From contig MTSL01000138.1 of NCBI GenBank assembly GCA_002794465.1, positions 1-6,445 of the forward strand: a stretch of 6,445 nt of DNA, given 5' to 3'. The stretch's first letter is position 1. Every line of letters begins with the position of its first letter. Source of the stretch: Paramicrosporidium saccamoebae KSL3 (taxonomy: Eukaryota; Fungi; Cryptomycota). Of this stretch, positions 1 to 5,900 are shown one piece after another. The notes under the pieces were generated by a model. It was not told the origin of the DNA. It did no database searches and saw only the letters and a program-made list of their open reading frames with translations. The translations under genes and the position numbers were made by a program.

Positions 1-88
1 TAGATCAAGGTAGCATTATGAATTTAAACAAGGCAACCACTTTACATATTATGTGTGTGTTCTCTCTCGTCTATTAGCTAATCCGCCC

Positions 89-94
89 TTTATT
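89..94 (-). terminator. Candidate polyadenylation signal AATAAA overlapping the MGA2 stop codon
   Basis: Plus strand 89-94 is TTTATT, so the minus strand reads CAA TAA A. The hexamer contains the TAA stop. Confidence 0.45.
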
Positions 95-2336
95 GGACCA
101 GTATTTGGGACGTGTCTGTCCAGGAGGACACGGTGTGCACAACATTGGAGCCAAGATCAAAGTACCAGACGAGGACCACTGCAATGAGGATGGGAATCCA
201 GAAATACATAAAGAGGAAATCTCTAGATTTTTGCCTCACTGGCTGGGACTCGACAAAACTCTGGTACAGCCTGTCAGTGGCAGACTGGGTAATGGAGGCG
301 GTGCCAAAAGTGTCCAAGTAGTACTTTTTAACCGACTCTTCTGACGTCAGCTTTCTCCAAATGACATTCTTTAACCGGTTCATGTGATTTTTCATGCGGG
401 CCGGCCGCTTCCGTAGCCGCGTAGTGGCATCACTGAGCAGAGTCAGGAGGGAGGAGGGCTGCTTTTGCGAGCGCTCCCTCGCACGGCTTTGGATGAGACG
501 ATACCGCCAAAGAATGTCGGCGTCGTCACCGACGGGCTCTTCCTCGTCGCTGTCATCAAGACCAAGGGTCACTAGAAACTCGCGGCGTCCCGCAAGAAGA
601 TAATGGTCTATGGGAGTAAAGCCGTTATTATCCACCGACTCGAGAAGACGACCATTTCTCATGCCGGACAGATATTCAAACAAGTGGTCATAGTGACTCA
701 GGGCAGCCAGATGGAGCAGATTTTGACCACCCGCAGTCTGAACCTTCATGACGTCTTTTGCATCAAACCGCACTCCGCCGGTTCTTTCGGTGGCGGCCAG
801 ACAGGTGATGAGGACGCGCTGCAGATTGCCTGAGGACTGACTGCCGGATTGGGAGCCGGCACTGGTACCGGGGGAGAATTCGTTGATGATTCTCATGGCA
901 ATGTCGCAGGCGTCATCGACACGGCCGGTCATTTTCATCCCGATGAGCTGCAAAGCGAGCTCCATCATGGCACGGTCCAAGTCGTTTTTGTAGTTGAACA
1001 GGGCGTATTCGTCCACAGCAACGGATCCGGCAGTGATGACAGGGACCACTCCTGCGGTATGTGACGGGGGCAGTCTGACCACGACAGTGGATGTGCTGAT
1101 AAAGTTGACAATGGTAGCTGGGAATTGTCCAAACATGAGAATTACGTGTTCAGAAAGGTTTTCGCCCAGCACAGTCACTTCAATGCCGCCATACATGGGA
1201 CCCTCGGCGGGGATGACTTTGAGAATGCGCGGCTCTGCTTGACGGGGCGCAATAGGAATAATTGGTATAATGGGAGCAATAAGCTGCGTGGGAGTGATAA
1301 GCGGCGTGGGAGCAATAAGCGGTGTGGGAGCAATGGGCATAATGTGTGCAGAGTGTGCAGAGTGTGCAGAGTGTGTAGAGTGTGTAGAGTGTGTAATGTG
1401 TGGTTCTGACTTTGTCTGACGTACCACCCTTTTGTGGTCATCGGTAATGAGAATGGGAGGAGAATAGGCACAGCCAACCAGACGATGGTGACTGTTAAGC
1501 AGCTCCAGTTTTACACGGAAGCCAACTCGCTCGTCTACGTGGCGACAGTAGCAGGTGAGACGTATAGGCAACATGACATCGCCACGGAGAAGTTGGATTT
1601 GTTCGTTCTGACTGGCAAAAATGACGATGCGTTCGCGGTCTTGCTCCGTTTCCTTTTCCATTGCGTTGGACATGAAAGATTCGCCTTTGAAGCCTTCATC
1701 GTCTGACTTTACGCGTTTCCGAAATTCCTTTTTCCTTTCGCGGAGGATGCAAGAGTAGCAGGCATAGACGCGTTCGTCAGAGTCTGACTTGACCACGCGG
1801 GCACGGACAAAGAGCGTCTCCGTTCCCGTTTCGACCGGCGAGTCTCCGGCTGAGACGCTGCATCTCCGGGAAGCCAGCTGGTGTTTTGGCAGGACGAGCC
1901 ACTTGGCCGGAGACGTCCCGGCACGGGGAACGACGTGCAGAATCAACTTTACTTGGGTTTCGGTGCGGGAGCGGGCTCCACTTTCGGGGATTCCGAGGAT
2001 GCTTGCATCGTAGAGTCCGGCCTCTTCAACGGACGTGTCAAAATCCCCAATAGGGGTGTCGAAAAAGTCGCCAATACTGTCGATATAGCAGGACGCTATG
2101 GGGTGCTGTTCCATGTCGGTCATGGGCGGGGAAATGGTTGCTTCGCTGATGGACTGAACATGAGAAAAGAAAAGATTTTCTACCGATTCTGTAGAGGTGT
2201 CGCCGTAGGCCGCACCAAAGAGCGCAGTCCTCATTTGGAGAACCTGGGACTTTGAGTGCTCGCCCCCATTACCGCTGTCTTCCTGTTGCACGCGCTGAAA
2301 GGCGCCGAAAAGACCGCCTGGATCAATAAAACTCAT
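90..2336 (-). CDS. MGA2: SPT23/MGA2-family membrane-bound transcription factor (ER-anchored regulator of fatty-acid desaturase OLE1); 748 aa
   Basis: ATG at 2336-2334 with an in-frame TGA just upstream; TAA at 92-90. Family motifs appear in the expected order: CYSCILRERKK, RLTCYCRH (1539-1562), PILITDDHK (ITDDHK 1431-1448), IPT/TIG domain starting PRILKVIPAEGPMYGGIEVTVLGENL (about 990-1232), ankyrin repeats GQNLLHLAAL...DNNGFTPI (about 565-735) and C-terminal TM helix FLFMYFWIPILIAVVLVWYF (159-218). I cannot tell SPT23 from MGA2, which are budding-yeast paralogues. Confidence 0.93.
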   Translation of the reverse strand: MSFIDPGGLFGAFQRVQQEDSGNGGEHSKSQVLQMRTALFGAAYGDTSTESVENLFFSHVQSISEATISPPMTDMEQHPIASCYIDSIGDFFDTPIGDFDTSVEEAGLYDASILGIPESGARSRTETQVKLILHVVPRAGTSPAKWLVLPKHQLASRRCSVSAGDSPVETGTETLFVRARVVKSDSDERVYACYSCILRERKKEFRKRVKSDDEGFKGESFMSNAMEKETEQDRERIVIFASQNEQIQLLRGDVMLPIRLTCYCRHVDERVGFRVKLELLNSHHRLVGCAYSPPILITDDHKRVVRQTKSEPHITHSTHSTHSAHSAHSAHIMPIAPTPLIAPTPLITPTQLIAPIIPIIPIAPRQAEPRILKVIPAEGPMYGGIEVTVLGENLSEHVILMFGQFPATIVNFISTSTVVVRLPPSHTAGVVPVITAGSVAVDEYALFNYKNDLDRAMMELALQLIGMKMTGRVDDACDIAMRIINEFSPGTSAGSQSGSQSSGNLQRVLITCLAATERTGGVRFDAKDVMKVQTAGGQNLLHLAALSHYDHLFEYLSGMRNGRLLESVDNNGFTPIDHYLLAGRREFLVTLGLDDSDEEEPVGDDADILWRYRLIQSRARERSQKQPSSLLTLLSDATTRLRKRPARMKNHMNRLKNVIWRKLTSEESVKKYYLDTFGTASITQSATDRLYQSFVESQPVRQKSRDFLFMYFWIPILIAVVLVWYFDLGSNVVHTVSSWTDTSQILVQ
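1245..1334 (-). repeat. Coding tandem repeat: about 3.5 x 18 bp (IAPTPL) grading into 9-bp units (IAP/IIP)
   Basis: Plus-strand units tgggagcaataagctgcg (1271-1288), tgggagtgataagcggcg (1289-1306), tgggagcaataagcggtg (1307-1324) and tgggagcaat (1325-1334); 9-bp units gggcgcaat/aggaataat/tggtataat at 1245-1271. Together they encode IAPTPLIAPTPLITPTQLIAPIIPIIPIAP. Confidence 0.85.
1344..1402 (-). repeat. Coding 9-bp tandem repeat (about 6.5 copies) encoding H-S-[T/A] tripeptides
   Basis: Plus strand gtgtgcaga x3, gtgtgtaga x2, gtgtgtaat, gtgtg; encodes HITHSTHSTHSAHSAHSAH in the MGA2 frame. Confidence 0.92.
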
Positions 2337-2410
2337 TTCCAGTCAGTGTTCCTTGAATCCGGGTCTGGGCCTGGGGTGTTGGGGGCGCCTTCCACAATGC
2401 CTATGGACGG

Positions 2411-2415
2411 CCAAT
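2411..2415 (+). promoter_or_regulatory. CCAAT box (NF-Y/Hap2-3-5 type)
   Basis: GGCCAATAAG fits the RRCCAAT-x-RG flanking preference of CCAAT-binding complexes and lies inside the divergent intergenic region. A single pentamer can occur by chance. Confidence 0.35.
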
Positions 2416-2426
2416 AAGATTCTTAT

Positions 2427-2456
2427 GTGTGGTGTAGTGTAGTTTAGTGTGGTTTA
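2427..2456. repeat. Degenerate pentamer tandem repeat GT(G/T)T(G/A) x6
   Basis: gtgtg gtgta gtgta gttta gtgtg gttta, inside a 45-nt stretch with no C on the plus strand (2423-2467). Confidence 0.75.
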
Positions 2457-2552
2457 GTAGGTTGGATCTATTTGTAGAGGGGGTGCAGTTTTCGTGAGTA
2501 GACCCTTTTTGCTTAATCAATAAATGATACTGGATCATGTGCGGGTGTAGAA

Positions 2553-2831
2553 ATGAGCCTAGTTATCCAGGGCAGGCTTATGGCAGGCCGACCCAAGTTT
2601 TTGACTCGGATTTTGGACACGGCCCATCAGGCGACTGTTATATTCTTGCTTGGTTCCAGCGTTGCTTTGTTGGGGGCCATTGGAGCAAACATGTACAACC
2701 GGAGGAGCTTGCGCTTGGAGAAGCTGCGTGAGGCGCAAGCAGCGGGGTATGATTTGCATGGGACCGAGGGTAGTGTTAGCGGTAGCGGTAGTGGTAGTGG
2801 TGTGTATGAAGCTAAGCGCAATATAGATTAG
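2553..2831 (+). CDS. COX14: Cytochrome c oxidase (complex IV) assembly factor Cox14-like single-TM protein; true start may be ATG 2580 (83 aa)
   Basis: FLTRILDTAHQATVIFLLGSSVALLGAIGANMY aligns with yeast Cox14 as I recall it ([33 protein letters not shown]), sharing TR-x(1,2)-DT-x-H-x-x-TV-x-x-L-x-G, then one hydrophobic helix and a charged tail. Size fits the family. ATG 2580 gives a yeast-like N-terminal length. Confidence 0.8.
   Translation: MSLVIQGRLMAGRPKFLTRILDTAHQATVIFLLGSSVALLGAIGANMYNRRSLRLEKLREAQAAGYDLHGTEGSVSGSGSGSGVYEAKRNID
2778..2801 (+). repeat. Coding 6-bp repeat x4 encoding SGSGSGSG in the Cox14 tail
   Basis: agcggt agcggt agtggt agtggt. Confidence 0.85.
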
Positions 2832-2921
2832 ACAACACACGCCGTGTATAGGAAATGTTCGCGTCATAAAGGATTCATTTTACGAGTTACATGCATCTAT
2901 TTTGATGACTAGGGATTGGTC

Positions 2922-5900
2922 ATGTCTACGAGGTTTCTTGTGGACCACTTGAATGCTCCCCTTGGTGCTGCACTTGGTCACAAGCAGGAATTGCTAAAGA
3001 GCGTCCAGTTGAGCAGCGATGGACACTTTTTGACTGTACATTCATCCACAAGTCCAGCCATTGTTTTGCATACTCTCAGCAGTTCCTGTCTGAAGAGAAG
3101 GTGGAATTTTCGTGCGGCTAGAATCAAGGCCTTTAGACCGGTGCTCTTGTGCAAAGAGTCTACAGAATCTGCGGTTATAATTTATGACGGGAGGCATTTT
3201 TCTCTATGGTTCCCTGAACGCAATGATATTGAGCACTTGCCGCTCAAAGTCGAAGAGAATGTCGTCGACATGAGGGTTTGCTGTTTCTCCTGGTGTGATG
3301 ATGACGGAAACCAGAAATTTGTCCAGGTCCTGGTGGTGGTTACAGAATGCGGACTTGTCTATGCTCTTCCATTGACTTTTGGTCAGGACAGCGAAGCAGT
3401 CGCGTGTCTGCGGATTAGACTCCCCATGAGCGACATTTGCCATGTGCAATTCCACCGTGATTCCAGCGACATGATTCTCATGGGCATTTCAAATCCGGAT
3501 ACTTTTATAATGGCCGAGCTGCCATCAGACTGTTCCCTGAATATTCTTGCCACCATTCCTCTTGAAACTAATGTTATCAATGTACACGTTTTGGCAAAGC
3601 TGGACTCTGGAATTTATCAAATTTGCCGTGTACAGAAGGATGGCTGGATTGATTCAGAGTATCACGTCGAAGAAAAGACATTTAAAGCGTCCAGGTCTAT
3701 TCATCCTGAGACTGCTGACATGGTCTGGAAGGAATCGTCAATTTATCATGGGTGGAACGATCCGATATTGCTTTGCAGGACTAAAGGGCTCTATGTGGCA
3801 TTCAATGCAATTAATGGGACCGAAGTGTTTCGTGAACCAGCGTCAAAGACTGAGGAAATTTACGACTTGTTTATAGATTCCACCCTGCGAGTGTTTCTTT
3901 TGTCGGCTGCTGGCGTAAAATGCATTGATTCAGCAAGCTCTTCTCTGACGTGGCTGCTTTCACTGCCTCGCCAGAAGGAATTTGACTTTTTGGTAGCATT
4001 TGACATTATGCTGCCGTTCCCATTCGACGGAGTATTCACAAACGGCCTGCCGCCACTATTAACTAAACTCTGGACGCTTGTGTCAAACGAGCCTCTGACC
4101 TATCCATTTAAATCGTGGCAGCATCTGCGCAGCATCCTGGACACGATCAATCTTTCCGATTGCGACGTGGAGATTCGACGGATTGTCATTATGTATTTGA
4201 TTTCTCTTGGACAGCCTGGCCGGCTGCACCCCTTCATTCTGCACTATGGCATCAGTGTGGCCGAAGCCATTGAAGCCCAAGCGTATGTAGCGATCGATAT
4301 TGGAGACGCCGAGAGAGCAAAGTATTTATTATCTTTTGTCTCTTTGACACTCTTGCTACAAGACGATATTGACGGTGAATTCCTGTCAGTCCCAAATCTC
4401 GACTCTTTGTCCTGGGGGCAGAGGATCGATGCATTCCTTGAGACGGCTTTGGAGCTTGAAGCCGTCCGAGTTGCAGCTGAATGCACCCCAAGTGCCCGCC
4501 ATGAAATCTTGATCCATTTAATCAGCAAAGCCTCGTCTAATGCAGACTTGTTCAAAGCGCTCTGCACAGCAAGTGGCTTTGATGGTGCCTGTGATGAAAT
4601 GTATGATTTTGCGGTGAACGGCCAGTTGGAAGCGATCAATGAACTTGCCAGAATACTTGTACAAAGGCGGAGATACAAACAAGCGGAGGAGCTTTTAAAG
4701 ATTTCGTCCCAGAATTACGCTGCAGAGATGATGGAGGTTTTTGACACTCTGTGTCCGTCGTATTCTCCGTCTATTGATCTTGTGGAGAATATTTCAGTTT
4801 CGCCAATGGACTGCGATAACAGCCACTTTGACTTTGACTGTCCGGTGGTTGTTCGAAAAAAGCCTGCGACTGTACACGCGTCTTTGGGAACGCCCTCGAC
4901 AGTGCTCATTTCGCGAGCAAGGCCACCTCTTTCTGTCGCCCATCATCCTAAACTGCCCAGCCGACTAGTAAATCTTGTTCAAGCTTCCGACACGTCGCCA
5001 TTTGACACTCCACTCCGATCGAGATTGCCGACGGACGACATGGAGCTGCGGAGCCGATCCATACCATCAAGTCCCAAGAGGTCAGTGTCGCCAAGCTCGC
5101 GAAACACTAAAAGAGCAGTATCACCCAGCCCAAGAAACTTGCAAGGAAACAAACGGTCAATGTCCACGAGTCCGAAAAATGCGAGGAGCCTGGGAAATTT
5201 GAAGAATTCGAAGAGCTTGGGGAGTCGTTCGCGTTCAAGATCGCATAGCCCAGTTAGAGAGGATGCCGATAAAATGGAAAAGACGGCACACTTGTCCAGT
5301 CCTCGGCGCTCTGAACGGATATCGGCCAATACTCCTAGGAAGACGCCTGAGATGCCAGTGGAAATGCCGGTGGAAATGCCGGTGGAAAGGCCGACTGAGG
5401 TGCCGGTGGAGGTGCCGACTGAGGTGCCAATAGAAACACCTGTGAAATCGCCGATGAAGACGCCCGCAAAAACACCTGTGAAATCGCCGATGAAGACGCC
5501 CGCAAAAACACCTGTGAAATCACCGATGAAGACGCCCGCAAAAACACCTGTGAAATCACAGATGAAGACGTCCACAAAAACACCTGTGAAATCACCGATG
5601 AAGACGCCCGCAAAAACACCTGCGAAAACGCCTGCAAAGTCACACACAAAAACACCTGCAAGGTCACCCAAAAAGACGCCCGCGAAAACACCTGTAAAGT
5701 CGCCTGAAAAAGCACCCAAAGAAACACCCGCAACAACACTCACAAAAACACCTGTAAAGTCACCTAAGAAATCGCCAACAAAAAAGCACCCAAGGACGCC
5801 AGCCACTCGAGAGAAACAAACCCCCATAGAGTCTCCCATCTCCAGTCCACGATCAAGCCCTAAATTAGATGTTGCTCCTCAGAACATTACTGTTAGGAAG

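Larger units (their letters stand above)
2337..2552. promoter_or_regulatory. Putative bidirectional promoter region between divergent MGA2 and COX14 genes
   Basis: 216-bp gap between head-to-head ATGs; contains GGCCAATAAG (CCAAT at 2411-2415), a GT-rich pentamer tract and AT-rich AATCAATAAAT (2515-2525). The function is inferred from gene orientation. Confidence 0.6.

Noticed and set aside
52-69. Adjacent (TG)4-5 and (TC)4 dinucleotide runs downstream of MGA2
   Set aside because: Too short to distinguish from background microsatellite noise.
1125-1477. ORFs with CRVCRVCRV (Cys-rich, metallothionein-like) and HTLHTL repeats
   Set aside because: Alternative-frame or antisense readings of the 9-bp repeat inside MGA2, with no independent support.
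93-2255. Numerous 65-124 aa plus-strand and alternative-frame ORFs overlapping MGA2
   Set aside because: Antisense or out-of-frame ORFs expected in GC-balanced coding DNA; none has recognisable motifs.
2537-2867. Overlapping small ORFs 2537-2731 (+), 2559-2867 (-) and 2627-2821 (-)
   Set aside because: They overlap the frame with a recognisable Cox14 motif and show no family features themselves.
2916-2921. Track start of the 1081-aa ORF at 2916
   Set aside because: 2916-2918 is TTG. For a eukaryotic gene the first ATG, at 2922, is the sensible start.
2543-2924. G-rich motif 7 nt before ATG as a bacterial Shine-Dalgarno site or operon
   Set aside because: The spacing is similar, but the motif is only GGG rather than AGGAGG and all recognisable genes are eukaryote-specific.
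3204-4968. Short ORFs nested in the ELYS-like CDS on both strands
   Set aside because: Shadow ORFs with no domain signatures. The main frame is uninterrupted for 1079 codons.
5436-5615. 36-bp near-identical repeats as a CRISPR array
   Set aside because: The units are contiguous with no unique spacers, lie in frame in a eukaryotic CDS, and there are no cas genes.
4979-5839. 286-aa and 134-aa minus-strand ORFs (GVFAGVFIGDFT... and VFLRASSS... repeats)
   Set aside because: Antisense shadows of the stop-poor 12/36-bp coding repeat of the ELYS-like gene. Their apparent hydrophobic periodicity is a by-product.
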